NCBI RefSeq assembly: GCF_009914755.1
Contig: NC_060948.1
Origin: the human T2T-CHM13v2.0 reference genome, Homo sapiens
Direction: 5' to 3' (one strand)
DNA: 64,000 nt
Positions 38,830-58,189 of the stretch are shown here, one piece after another; the first letter of the stretch is position 1, and each line of letters opens with the position of its first letter. The position numbers and the translations under genes were made by a program. The notes below the pieces were generated by a model, which saw only the letters and a list, made by a program, of their open reading frames with translations, was not told the origin of the DNA and did not search any database.

Positions 38830-40934
38830 AGATCCATATTTTTTAAATGAAAAAAAATTTCAAAGGTACTCTGCTTGGTACAATAATCAAATGTATAAAC
38901 TGAGGAATAAAACATAACCATGAAACCTACTTATAACTGCATATGGAAAATACAGAGGATAATTTTTTAAATAACATATTTTGAAAGCCTTAACTAGTAA
39001 TTTGAAGAGTTGGCATTTGAAAGGCCAGTATGAATATACCTTCAAAGCAGCAACACAGGTTCCCCATGAGAAAAAGCAAACACAGGGAAAATAAAAACAC
39101 AAAGGTTCAATCTCTTCTGACCTTTGAAAGACACAGCACAGACAGTGGTCCTTAGGACGAAGAGCAGGAGACCCCTAATTCCGTCACCATGGCGATAGGG
39201 CATAAACATTGCTGGGTGAGGGCACAATCCACATTGTGAGGTCCAACTGCTGCCAGGAAGACAGGAGTGCTTTTACATAGACCGAAAGGTCATTGAAGGC
39301 TCAGAGTTTTGTTTCAAGAACTGAATCCCAAGCCCACACGTTATTAGGCTGTGCTTCTTAAAACAAGTTATGAGATGGGAAAAAGGGCACCCACAAACAT
39401 ACGTATACATTATGTATATAATAATATACAGTATCATATATATAATATATATAACCTATGTATAATATTGTTTTACATCCTGCATCTTATGTTATATATA
39501 TTGTATAAAATATAATAATTGATAATATATAAGTTTTATAATTATACAATATGACATATAGTATATATTATAATTTATGACATATATAATATATGTTATA
39601 TGTCATATATAGAATATATTATACGGTTAATATACGTATTAAATATAAATTATACATTATATATATTATATATAATATATCTGTTATATATAATACCCAT
39701 TATGCATAATATATATATTATGTCTACGTTATATATAGTATAAAACAACATATAATAATATATAATTGTATATATAAAATGCGACATATAATATATATTA
39801 TATTTTATAAAATATGTAATATATATTATATATTATATATAATACGTTGTATGTATAATACCTATATTAAATATATATTATATGACTATGTTATTAATTA
39901 CATGTCACATGTGTTATATATTATATATTTTACATAGAATATACCGGTTACATACAATATATACTATGTTACCTATAATGTATAATTTATTACATGTAAA
40001 ATAAAGAATGCAATATATTATGTATAATTTATAATATACAATATGTGGAATGTGATATATATAACATATAATATATGATATATGATATACAGTATATGAT
40101 ATATAACATACAATATATGATTCCTAATATATATGGTATACAATATATATTTTATGATATGTATTCTATATGTTTTATATTCTGTTATATATAACTATTT
40201 GAAATTATATATAACTGTATAATATTTTATGTAAATATGTAATATAATATATATAACTATATAATATATTATATATAACTATATATTATGTTATATATAC
40301 TTTTATAACATAATTTACATAAAATATCATAATATAATATATATTATATTATTTCATATTACATAATATATATTACATATCACCCAATATAACTAACATA
40401 CATAATATTATAATATAGATTATATTGTGTTATATTAAATATCATATATATCATGTATCATATATTCTATAATATATATTACACATTATATAATATGTAT
40501 GTTGTCTATTATGTGATATATATAACTCTATATATAATTATATTTTTATACATATAACTAGATAAACATGTAATTCTACATATTTTCATTTATACTATGT
40601 AGAATTATATAATCATATATAATTATTTATATTCTATAAAAAATTTTATCATTATATAAACTATAATATATAAAAATTATAATATGTACTACAAATATAT
40701 ATATTATATATCATATATGATATAGTACCTTTGTTATATATCATAATACATATAAATGTGTATTATGTTATCTATAATTATATAATTTCATATATAAGAT
40801 GTATAATATGTATCATATATTATATATGTTATGTAATATATATAGTATATATAAGATGACACAGGATAAATATTATATACTATGACATATAAAATATATG
40901 AGGTTATATGTTACATATAAGGCATAGCACATAA

Positions 40935-41249
<315 letters not shown>

Positions 41250-43354
41250 AGATCCATATTTTTTAAATGAAAAAAAATTTCAAAGGTACTCTGCTTGGTA
41301 CAATAATCAAATGTATAAACTGAGGAATAAAACATAACCATGAAACCTGCTTATAACTGCATATGGAAAATACAGAGGATAATTTTTTAAATAACATATT
41401 TTGAAAGCCTTAACTAGTAATTTGAAGAGTTGGCATTTGAAAGGCCAGTATGAATATACCTTCAAAGCAGCAACACAGGTTCCCCATGAGAAAAAGCAAA
41501 CACAGGGAAAATAAAAACACAAAGGTTCAATCTCTTCTGACCTTTGAAAGACACAGCACAGACAGTGGTCCTTAGGACGAAGAGCAGGAGACCCCTAATT
41601 CCGTCACCATGGCGATAGGGCATAAACATTGCTGGGTGAGGGCACAATCCACATTGTGAGGTCCAACTGCTGCCAGGAAGACAGGAGTGCTTTTACATAG
41701 ACCGAAAGGTCATTGAAGGCTCAGAGTTTTGTTTCAAGAACTGAATCCCAAGCCCACACGTTATTAGGCTGCGCTTCTTAAAACAAGTTATGAGATGGGA
41801 AAAAGGGCACCCACAAACATACGTATACATTATGTATATAATAATATACAGTATCATATATATAATATATATAACCTATGTATAATATTGTTTTACATCC
41901 TGCATCTTATGTTATATATATTGTATAAAATATAATAATTGATAATATATAAGTTTTATAATTATACAATATGACATATAGTATATATTATAATTTATGA
42001 CATATATAATATATGTTATATATCATATATAGAATATATTATACGGTTAATATACGTATTAAATATAAATTATACATTATATATATTATATATAATATAT
42101 CTGTTATATATAATACCCATTATGCATGATATATATATTATGTCTATGTTATATATAGTATAAAACAACATATAATAATATATAATTGTATATATAAAAT
42201 GCGACATATAATATATATTATATTTTATAACATATGTAATATATATTATATATTATATATAATACGTTGTATGTATAATACCTATATTAAATATATATTA
42301 TATGACTATGTTATTAATTACATGTCACATGTGTTATATATTATATATTTTACATAGAATATACCGGTTACATACAATATATACTAAGTTACCTATAATG
42401 TATAATTTATTACATGTAAAATAAAGAATGCAATATATTATGTATAATTTATAATATACAATATGTGGAATGTGATATATATAACATATAATATATGATA
42501 TATGATATACAGTATATGATATATAACATACAATATATGATTCCTAATATATATGGTATACAATATATATTTTATGATATGTATTCTATATGTTTTATAT
42601 TCTGTTATATATAACTATTTGAAATTATATATAACTGTATAATATTTTATGTAAATATGTAATATAATATATATAACTATATAATATATTATATATAACT
42701 ATATATTATGTTATATATACTTTTATAACATAATTTACATAAAATATCATAATATAATATATATTATATTATTTCATATTACATAATATATATTACATAT
42801 CACCCAATATAACTAACATACATAATATTATAATATAGATTATATTGTGTTATATTAAATATCATATATATCATGTATCATATATTCTATAATATATATT
42901 ACACATTATATAATATGTATGTTGTCTATTATGTGATATATATGACTCTATATATAATTATATTTTTATACATATAACTAGATAAACATGTAATTCTACA
43001 TATTTTCATTTATAATATGTAGAATTATATAATCATATATAATTATTTATATTCTATAAAAAATTTTATCATTATATAAATTATAATATATAAAAATTAT
43101 AATATGTACTACAAATATATATATTATATATCATATATGATATAGTACCTTTGTTATATATCATAATACATATAAATGTGTATTATGTTATCTATAATTA
43201 TATAATTTCATATATAAGATGTATAATATGTATCATATATTATATATGTTATGTAATATATACAGTATATATAAGATGACACAGGATAAATATTATATAC
43301 TATGACATATAAAATATATGAGGTTATATGTTACATATAAGGCATAGCACATAA

Positions 43355-43669
<315 letters not shown>

Positions 43670-45797
43670 AGATCCATATTTTTTAAATGAAAAAAAATTT
43701 CAAAGGTACTCTGCTTGGTACAATAATCAAATGTATAAACTGAGGAATAAAACATAACCATGAAACCTACCTATAACTGCATATGGAAAATACAGAGGAT
43801 AATTTTTTAAATAACATATTTTGAAAGCCTTAACTAGTAATTTGAAGAGTTGGCATTTGAAAGGCCAGTATGAATATACCTTCAAAGCAGCAACACAGGT
43901 TCCCCATGAGAAAAAGCAAACACAGGGAAAATGAAACCACAAAGGTTCAATCTCTTCTGACCTTTGAAAGACACAGCACAGACAGTGGTCCTTAGGACGA
44001 AGAGCAGGAGACCCCTAATTCCGTCACCATGGCGATAGGGCATAAACATTGCTGGGTGAGGGCACAATCCACATTGTGAGGTCCAACTGCTGCCAGGAAG
44101 ACAGGAGTGCTTTTACATAGACCGAAAGGTCATTGAAGGCTCAGAGTTTTGTTTCAAGAACTGAATCCCAAGCCCACACTTTATTAGGCTGCGCTTCTTA
44201 AAACAAGTTATGAGATGGGAAAAAGGGCACCCACAAACATACGTATACATTATGTATATAATAATATACAGTATCATATATATAATATATATAACCTATG
44301 TATAATATTGTTTTACATCCTGCATCTTATGTTATATATATTGTATAAAATATAATAATTGATAATATATAAGTTTTATAATTATACAATATGACATATA
44401 GTATATATTATAATTTATGACATATATAATATGTGTTATATGTCATATATAGAATATATTATACGGTTAATATACGTATTAAATATAAATTATACATTAT
44501 ATATATTATATATAATATATCTGTTATATATAATACCCATTATGCATAATATATATATTATGTCTATGTTATATATAGTATAAAACAACATATAATAATA
44601 TATAATTGTATATATAAAATGCGACATATAATATATATTATATTTTATAACATATTTAATATATATTATATATTATATATAATACGTTGTATGTATAATA
44701 CCTATATTAAATATATATTATATGACTATGTTATTAATTACATGTCACATGTGTTATATATTATATATTTTACATAGAATATACCGGTTACATACAATAT
44801 ATACTATGTTACCTATAATGTATAATTGATTACATGTAAAATAAAGAATGCAATATATTATGTATAATTTATAATATACAATATGTGGAATGTGATATAT
44901 ATAACATATAATATATGATATATGATATACAGTATATGATATATAACATACAATATATGATTCCTAATATATATGGTATACAATATATATTTTATGATAT
45001 GTATTCTATATGTTTTATATTCTGTTATATATAACTATTTGAAATTATATATAACTGTATAATATTTTATGTAAATATGTAATATAATATATATAACTAT
45101 ATAATATATTATATATAACTATATATTATGTTATATATACTTTTATAGCATAATTTACATAAAATATCATAATATAATATATATTATATTATTTCATATT
45201 ACATAATATATATTACATATCACCCAATATAACTAACATACATAATATTATAATATAGATTATATTGTGTTATATTAAATATCATATATATCATGTATCA
45301 TATATTCTATAATATATATTACACATTATATAATATGTATGTTGTCTATTATGTGATATATATAACTCTATATATAATTATATTTTTATACATATAACTA
45401 GATAAACATGTAATTCTACATATTTTCATTTATAATATATAGAATTATATAATCATATATAATTATTTATATTCTATAAAAAATTTTATCATTATATAAA
45501 TTATAATATATAAAAATTATAATATGTACTACAAATATATATATTATATATCATATATGATATAGTACCTTTGTTATATATCATAATACATATAAATGTG
45601 TATTATGTTATCTATAATTATATAATTTCATATATAAGATGTATAATATGTATCATATATTATATATGTTATGTAATATATACAGTATATATAAGATGAC
45701 ACAGGATAAATATTATATACTATGACATATAAAATATATGAGGTTATATGTTACATATAAGGCATAGCACATAACATGTAATATATATCATATATAA

Positions 45798-46089
45798 TTT
45801 TTTTTTAGACAGAATCTTGTCCTGTTCCACAGGGTGGGGTACAATGGCGCCATCTTTGCTCACTGCAACTTCTGCCTCACGGGTCCAAGCGATTGTCCTC
45901 CCTCAGCCTCCCAGGTAGCTGGGACTACACCACACTGGGACTACACCAGCTGCCACCATGCCTAGCTAATTTTTTGGATTTTTAGTAGTGACAGCGTTTC
46001 ACTGTATTGGCCAGGATGGTCTTGATCTCTTCACCTTGTGATCCCCTTGCCTTGGCCTCCAAATTTGCTGGGATTACAGGCCTGAGCCA
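45798..46089 (-). mobile_element. Alu fragment of DYZ2 unit
   Basis: Near-identical copy of 2306-2597. Confidence 0.95.
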
Positions 46090-48194
46090 AGATCCATATT
46101 TTGTAAATGAAAAAAAATTTCAAAGGTACTCTGCTTGGTACAATAATCAAATGTATAAACTGAGGAATAAAACATAACCATGAAACCTACTTATAACTGC
46201 ATATGGAAAATACAGAGGATAATTTTTTAAATAACATATTTTGAAAGCCTTAACTAGTAATTTGAAGAGTTGGCATTTGAAAGGCCAGTATGAATATACC
46301 TTCAAAGCAGCAACACAGGTTCCCCATGAGAAAAAGCAAACACAGGGGAAATAAAAACACAAAGGTTCAATCTCTTCTGACCTTTGAAAGACACAGCACA
46401 GACAGTGGTCCTTAGGACGAAGAGCAGGAGACCCCTAATTCCGTCACCATGGCGATAGGGCATAAACATTGCTGGGTGAGGGCACAATCCACATTGTGAG
46501 GTCCAACTGCTGCCAGGAAGACAGGAGTGCTTTTACATAGACCGAAAGGTCATTGAAGGCTCAGAGTTTTGTTTCAAGAACTGAATCCCAAGCCCACACG
46601 TTATTAGGCTGCGCTTCTTAAAACAAGTTATGAGATGGGAAAAAGGGCACCCACAAACATACGTATACATTATGTATATAATAATATACAGTATCATATA
46701 TATAATATATATAACCTATGTATAATATTGTTTTACATCCTGCATCTTATGTTATATATATTATATAAAATATAATAATTGATAATATATAAGTTTTATA
46801 ATTATACAATATGACATATAGTATATATTATAATTTATGACATATATAATATATGTTATATATCATATATAGAATATATTATACGGTTAATATATGTATT
46901 AAATATAAATTATACATTATATATATTATATATAATATATCTGTTATATATAATACCCATTATGCATAATATATATATTATGTCTATGTTATATATAGTA
47001 TAAAACAACATATAATAATATATAATTGTATATATAAAATGCGACATATAACATATATTATATTTTCTAACATATGTAATATATATTATATATTATATAT
47101 AATACGTTGTATGTATAATACCTATATTAAATATATGTTATATGACTATGTTATTAATTACATGTCACATGTGTTATATATTATATATTTTACATAGAAG
47201 ATACCGGTTACATACAATATATACTATGTTACGTATAATGTATAATTTATTACATGTAAAATAAAGAATGCAATATATTATGTATAATTTATAATATACA
47301 ATATGTGGAATGTGATATATATAACATATAATATATGATATATGATATACAGTATATGATATATAACATACAATATATGATTCCTAATATATATGGTATA
47401 CAATATATATTTTATGATATGTATTCTATATGTTTTATATTCTGTTATATATAACTATTTGAAATTATATATAACTGTATAATATTTTATGTAAATATGT
47501 AATATAATATATATAACTATATAATATATTATATATAACTATATATTATGTTATATATACTTTTATAACATAATTTACATAAAATATCATAATATAATAT
47601 ATATTATATTATTTCATATTTCATAATATATATTACATATCACCCAATATAACTAACATACATAATATTATAATATAGATTATATTGTGTTATATTAAAT
47701 ATCATATATACCATGTATCATATATTCTATAATATATATTACACATTATATAATATGTATGTTGTCTATTATGTGATATATATAACTCTATATATAATTA
47801 TATTTTTATACATATAACTAGATAAACATGTAATTCTACATATTTTCATTTATAATATGTAGAATTATATAATCATATATAATTATTTATATTCTATAAA
47901 AAATTTTATCATTATATAAATTATAATATATAAAAATTATAATATGTACTACAAATATATATATTATATATCATATATGATATAGTACCTTTGTTATATA
48001 TCATAATACATATAAATGTGTATTATGTTATCTATAATTATATAATTTCATATATAAGATGTATAATATGTATCATATATTATATATGTTATGTAATATA
48101 TATAGTATATATAAGATGACACAGGATAAATATTATATACTATGACATATAAAATATATGAGGTTATATGTTACATATAAGGCATAGCACATAA

Positions 48195-48509
<315 letters not shown>

Positions 48510-50614
48510 AGATCCATATTTTTTAAATGAAAAAAAATTTCAAAGGTACTCTGCTTGGTACAATAATCAAATGTATAAACTGAGGAATAAAGCATAACCA
48601 TGAAACCTACTTATAACTGCATATGGAAAATACAGAGGATAATTTTTTAAATAACATATTTTGAAAGCCTTAACTAGTAATTTGAAGAGTTGGCATTTGA
48701 AAGGCCAGTATGAATATACCTTCAAAGCAGCAACACAGGTTCCCCATGAGGAAAAGCAAACTCAGGGAAAATAAAACCACAAAGGTTCAATCTCTTCTGA
48801 CCTTTGAAAGACACAGCACAGACAGTGGTCCTTAGGACGAAGAGCAGGAGACCCCTAATTCCGTCACCATGGCGATAGGGCATAAACATTGCTGGGTGAG
48901 GGCACAATCCACATTGTGAGGTCCAACTGCTGCCAGGAAGACAGGAGTGCTTTTACATAGACCGAAAGGTCATTGAAGGCTCAGAGTTTTATTTCAAGAA
49001 CTGAATCCCAAGCCCACACGTTATTAGGCTGCGCTTCTTAAAACAAGTTATGAGATGGGAAAAAGGGCACCCACAAACATACGTATACATTATGTATATA
49101 ATAATATACAGTATCATATATATAATATATATAACCTATGTATAATATTGTTTTACATCCTGCATCTTATGTTATATATATTGTATAAAATATAATAATT
49201 GATAATATATAAGTTTTATAATTATACAATATGACATACAGTATATATTATAATTTATGACATATATAATATATGTTATATATCATATATAGAATATATT
49301 ATACGGTTAATATACGTATTAAATATAAATTATACATTATATATATTATATATAATATATCTGTTATATATAATACCCATTATGCATAATATATATATTA
49401 TGTCTATGTTATATATAGTATAAAACAACATATAATAATATATAATTGTATATATAAAATGCGACATATAATATATATTATATTTTATAACATATGTAAT
49501 ATATATTATATATTATATATAATACGTTGTATGTATAATACCTATATTAAATATATATTATATGACTATGTTATTAATTACATGTCACATGTGTTATATA
49601 TTATATATTTTACATAGAATATACCGGTTACATACAATATATACTAAGTTACCTATAATGTATAATTTATTACATGTAAAATAAAGAATGCAATATATTA
49701 TGTATAATTTATAATATACAATATGTGGAATGTGATATATATAACATATAATATATGATATATGATATACAGTATATGATATATAACATACAATATATGA
49801 TTCCTAATATATATGGTATACAATATATATTTTATGATATGTATTCTATATGTTTTATATTCTGTTATATATAACTATTTGAAATTATATATAACTGTAT
49901 AATATTTTATGTATTTATGTAATATAATATATATAACTATATAATATATTATATATAACTATATATTATGTTATATATACTTTTATAACATAATTTACAT
50001 AAAATATCATAATATAATATATATTATATTATTTCATATTACATAATATATATTACATATCACCCAATATAACTAACATATATAATATTATAATATAGAT
50101 TATATTGTGTTATATTAAATATCATATATATCATGTATCATATATTCTATAATATATATTACACATTATATAATATGTATGTTGTCTATTATGTGATATA
50201 TATAACTCTATATATAATTATATTTTTATACATATAACTAGATAAACATGTAATTCCACATATTTTCATTTATAATATGTAGAATTATATAATCATATAT
50301 AATTATTTATATTCTATAAAAACTTTTATCATTATATAAATTATAATATATAAAAATTATAATATGTACTACAAATATATATATTATATATCATATATGA
50401 TATAGTACCTTTGTTATATATCATAATACATATAAATGTGTATTATGTTATCTATAATTATATAATTTCATATATAAGATGTATAATATGTATCATATAT
50501 TATATATGTTATGTAATATATATAGTATATATAAGATGACACAGGATAAATATTATATACTATGACATATAAAATATATGAGGTTATATGTTACATATAA
50601 GGCATAGCACATAA

Positions 50615-50929
<315 letters not shown>

Positions 50930-53034
50930 AGATCCATATTTTTTAAATGAAAAAAAATTTCAAAGGTACTCTGCTTGGTACAATAATCAAATGTATAAAC
51001 TGAGGAATAAAACATAACCATGAAACCTACTTATAACTGCATATGGAAAATACAGAGGATAATTTTTTAAATAACATATTTTGAAAGCCTTAACTAGTAA
51101 TTTGAAGAGTTGGCATTTGAAAGGCCAGTATGAATATACCTTCAAAGCAGCAACACAGGTTCCCCATGAGAAAAAGCAAACACAGGGAAAATAAAAACAC
51201 AAAGGTTCAATCTCTTCTGACCTTTGAAAGACACAGCACAGACAGTGGTCCTTAGGACGAAGAGCAGGAGACCCCTAATTCCGTCACCATGGCGATAGGG
51301 CATAAACATTGCTGGGTGAGGGCACAATCCACATTGTGAGGTCCAACTGCTGCCAGGAAGACAGGAGTGCTTTTACATAGACCGAAAGGTCATTGAAGGC
51401 TCAGAGTTTTGTTTCAAGAACTGAATCCCAAGCCCACACGTTATTAGGCTGCGCTTCTTAAAACAAGTTATGAGATGGGAAAAAGGGCACCCACAAACAT
51501 ACGTATACATTATGTATATAATAATATACAGTATCATATATATAATATATATAACCTATGTATAATATTGTTTTACATCCTGCATCTTATGTTATATATA
51601 TTGTATAAAATATAATAATTGATAATATATAAGTTTTATAATTATACAATATGACATATAGTATATATTATAATTTATGACATATATAATATATGTTATA
51701 TGTCATATATAGAATATATTATAGGGTTAATATACGTATTAAATATAAATTATACATTATATATATTATATATAATATATCTGTTATATATAATACCCAT
51801 TATGCATAATATATATATTATGTCTATGTTATATATAGTATAAAACAACATATAATAATATATAATTGTATATATAAAATGCGACATATAATATATATTA
51901 TATTTTATAACATATGTACTATATATTATATATTATATATAATACGTTGTATGTATAATACCTATATTAAATATATATTATATGACTATGTTATTAATTA
52001 TATGTCACATGTGTTATATATTATATATTTTACATAGAATATACCGGTTACATACAATATATACTATGTTACCTATAATGTATAATTTATTACATGTAAA
52101 ATAAAGAATGCAATATATTATGTATAATTTATAATATACAATATGTGGAATGTGATATATATAACATATAATATATGATATATGATATACAGTATATGAT
52201 ATATAACATACAACATATGATTCCTAATATATATGGTATACAATATATATTTTATGATATGCATTCTATATGTTTTATATTCTGTTATATATAACTATTT
52301 GAAATTATATATAACTGTATAATATTTTATGTAAATATGTAATATAATATATATAACTATATAATATATTATATATAACTATATATTATGTTATATATAC
52401 TTTTATAACATAATTTACATAAAATATCATAATATAATATATATTATATTATTTCATATTACATAATATATATTACATATCACCCAATATAACTAACATA
52501 CATAATATTATAATATAGATTATATTGTGTTATATTAAATATCATATATATCATGTATCATATATTCTATAATATATATTACACATTATATAATATGTAT
52601 GTTGTCTATTATGTGATATATATAACTCTATATATAATTATATTTTTATACATATAACTAGATAAACATGTAATTCTACATATTTTCATTTATAATATGT
52701 AGAATTATATAATCATATATAATTATTTATATTCTATAAAAACTTTTATCATTATATAAATTATAATATATAAAAATTATAAAATGTACTACAAATATAT
52801 ATATTATATATCATATATGATATAGTACCTTTGTTATATATCATAATACATATAAATGTGTATTATGTTATCTATAATTATATAATTTCATATATAAGAT
52901 GTATAATATGTATCATATATTATATATGTTATGTAATATATATAGTATATATAAGATGACAGAGGATAAATATTATATACTATGACATATAAAATATATG
53001 AGGTTATATGTTACATATAAGGCATAGCACATAA

Positions 53035-53349
<315 letters not shown>

Positions 53350-55454
53350 AGATCCATATTTTTTAAATGAAAAAAAATTTCAAAGGTACTCTGCTTGGTA
53401 CAATAATCAAATGTATAAACTGAGGAATAAAGCATAACCATGAAACCTACTTATAACTGCATATGGAAAATACAGAGGATAATTTTTTAAATAACATATT
53501 TTGAAAGCCTTAACTAGTAATTTGAAGAGTTGGCATTTGAAAGGCCAGTATGAATATACCTTCAAAGCAGCAACACAGGTTCCCCATGAGGAAAAGCAAA
53601 CTCAGGGAAAATAAAACCACAAAGGTTCAATCTCTTCTGACCTTTGAAAGACACAGCACAGACAGTGGTCCTTAGGACGAAGAGCAGGAGACCCCTAATT
53701 CCGTCACCATGGCGATAGGGCATAAACATTGCTGGGTGAGGGCACAATCCACATTGTGAGGTCCAACTGCTGCCAGGAAGACAGGAGTGCTTTTACATAG
53801 ACCGAAAGGTCATTGAAGGCTCAGAGTTTTGTTTCAAGAACTGAATCCCAAGCCCACACGTTATTAGGCTGCGCTTCTTAAAACAAGTTATGAGATGGGA
53901 AAAAGGGCACCCACAAACATACGTATACATTATGTATATAATAATATACAGTATCATATATATAATATATATAACCTATGTATAATATTGTTTTACATCC
54001 TGCATCTTATGTTATATATATTGTATAAAATATAATAATTGATAATATATAAGTTTTATAATTATACAATATGACATACAGTATATATTATAATTTATGA
54101 CATATATAATATATGTTATATATCATATATAGAATATATTATACGGTTAATATACGTATTAAATATAAATTATACATTATATATATTATATATAATATAT
54201 CTGTTATATATAATACCCATTATGCATAATATATATATTATGTCTATGTTATATATAGTATAAAACAACATATAATAATATATAATTGTATATATAAAAT
54301 GCGACATATAATATATATTATATTTTATAACATATGTAATATATATTATATATTATATATAATACGTTGTATGTATAATACCTATATTAAATATATATTA
54401 TATGACTATGTTATTAATTACATGTCACATGTGTTATATATTATATATTTTACATAGAATATACCGGTTACATACAATATATACTAAGTTACCTATAATG
54501 TATAATTTATTACATGTAAAATAAAGAATGCAATATATTATGTATAATTTATAATATACAATATGTGGAATGTGATATATATAACATATAATATATGATA
54601 TATGATATACAGTATATGATATATAACATACAATATATGATTCCTAATATATATGGTATACAATATATATTTTATGATATGTATTCTATATGTTTTATAT
54701 TCTGTTATATATAACTATTTGAAATTATATATAACTGTATAATATTTTATGTAAATATGTAATATAATATATATAACTATGTAATATATTATATATAACT
54801 ATATATTATGTTATATATACTTTTATAACATAATTTACATAAAATATCATAATATAATATATATTATATTATTTCATATTACATAATATATATTACATAT
54901 CACCCAATATAACTAACATACAGAATATTATAATATAGATTATATTGTGTTATATTAAATATCATATATATCATGTATCATATATTCTATAATATATATT
55001 ACACATTATATAATATGTATGTTGTCTATTATGTGATATATATAACTCTATATATAATTATATTTTTATACATATAACTAGATAAACATGTAATTCCACA
55101 TATTTTCATTTATAATATGTAGAATTATATAATCATATATAATTATTTATATTCTATAAAAACTTTTATCATTATATAAATTATAATATATAAAAATTAT
55201 AATATGTACTACAAATATATATATTATATATCATATATGATATAGTACCTTTGTTATATATCATAATACATATAAATGTGTATTATGTTATCTATAATTA
55301 TATAATTTCATATATAAGATGTATAATATGTATCATATATTACATATGTTATGTAATATATATAGTATATATAAGATGACACAGGATAAATATTATATAC
55401 TATGACATATAAAATATATGAGGTTATATGTTACATATAAGGCATAGCACATAA

Positions 55455-55769
<315 letters not shown>

Positions 55770-57874
55770 AGATCCATATTTTTTAAATGAAAAAAAATTT
55801 CAAAGGTACTCTGCTTGGTACAATAATCAAATGTATAAACTGAGGAATAAAACATAACCATGAAACCTACTTATAACTGCATATGGAAAATACAGAGGAT
55901 AATTTTTTAAATAACATATTTTGAAAGCCTTAACTAGTAATTTGAAGAGTTGGCATTTGAAAGGCCAGTATGAATATACCTTCAAAGCAGCAACACAGGT
56001 TCCCCATGAGAAAAAGCAAACACAGGGAAAATAAAAACACAAAGGTTCAATCTCTTCTGACCTTTGAAAGACACAGCACAGACAGTGGTCCTTAGGACGA
56101 AGAGCAGGAGACCCCTAATTCCGTCACCATGGCGATAGGGCATAAACATTGCTGGGTGAGGGCACAATCCACATTGTGAGGTCCAACTGCTGCCAGGAAG
56201 ACAGGAGTGCTTTTACATAGACCGAAAGGTCATTGAAGGCTCAGAGTTTTGTTTCAAGAACTGAATCCCAAGCCCACACGTTATTAGGCTGCGCTTCTTA
56301 AAACAAGTTATGAGATGGGAAAAAGGGCACCCACAAACATACGTATACATTATGTATATAATAATATACAGTATCATATATATAATATATATAACCTATG
56401 TATAATATTGTTTTACATCCTGCATCTTATGTTATATATATTGTATAAAATATAGTAATTGATAATATATAAGTTTTATAATTATACAATATGACATATA
56501 GTATATATTATAATTTATGACATATATAATATATGTTATATATCATATATAGAATATATTATACGGTTAATATACGTATTAAATATAAATTATACATTAT
56601 ATATATTATATATAATATATCTGTTATATATAATACCCATTATGCATAATATATATATTATGTCTATGTTATATATAGTATAAAACAACATATAATAATA
56701 TATAATTGTATATATAAAATGCGACATATAATATATATTATATTTTATAACATATGTAATATATATTATATATTATATATAATACGTTGTATGTATAATA
56801 CCTATATTAAATATATATTATATGACTATGTTATTAATTACATGTCACATGTGTTATATATTATATATTTTACATAGAATATACCGGTTACATACAATAT
56901 ATACTAAGTTACCTATAATGTATAATTTATTACATGTAAAATAAAGAATGCAATATATTATGTATAATTTATAATATACAATATGTGGAATGTGATATAT
57001 ATAACATATAATATATGATATATGATATACAGTATATGATATATAACATACAATATATGATTCCTAATATATATGGTATACAATATGTATTTTATGATAT
57101 GTATTCTATATGTTTTATATTCTGTTATATATAACTATTTGAAATTATATATAACTGTATAATATTTTATGTAAATATGTAATATAATATATATAACTAT
57201 ATAATATATTATATATAACTATATATTATGTTATATATACTTTTATAACATAATTTACATAAAATATCATAATATAATATATATTATATTATTTCATATT
57301 ACATAATATATATTACATATCACCCAATATAACTAACATACATAATATTATAATATAGATTATATTGTGTTATATTAAATATCATATATATCATGTATCA
57401 TATATTCTATAATATATATTACACATTATATAATATGTATGTTGTCTATTATGTGATATATATAACTCTATATATAATTATATTTTTATACAAATAACTA
57501 GATAAACATGTAATTCTACATATTTTCATTTATAATATGTAGAATTATATAATCATATATAATTATTTATATTCTATAAAAAATTTTATCATTATATAAA
57601 TTATAATATATAAAAATTATAATATGTACTACAAATATATATATTATATATCATATATGATATAGTAACTTTGTTATATATCATAATACATATAAATGTG
57701 TATTATGTTATCTATAATTATATAATTTCATATATAAGATGTATAATATGTATCATATATTATATATGTTATGTAATATATATAGTATATATAAGATGAC
57801 ACAGGATAAATATTATATACTATGACATATAAAATATATGAGGTTATATGTTACATATAAGGCATAGCACATAA

Positions 57875-58189
<315 letters not shown>
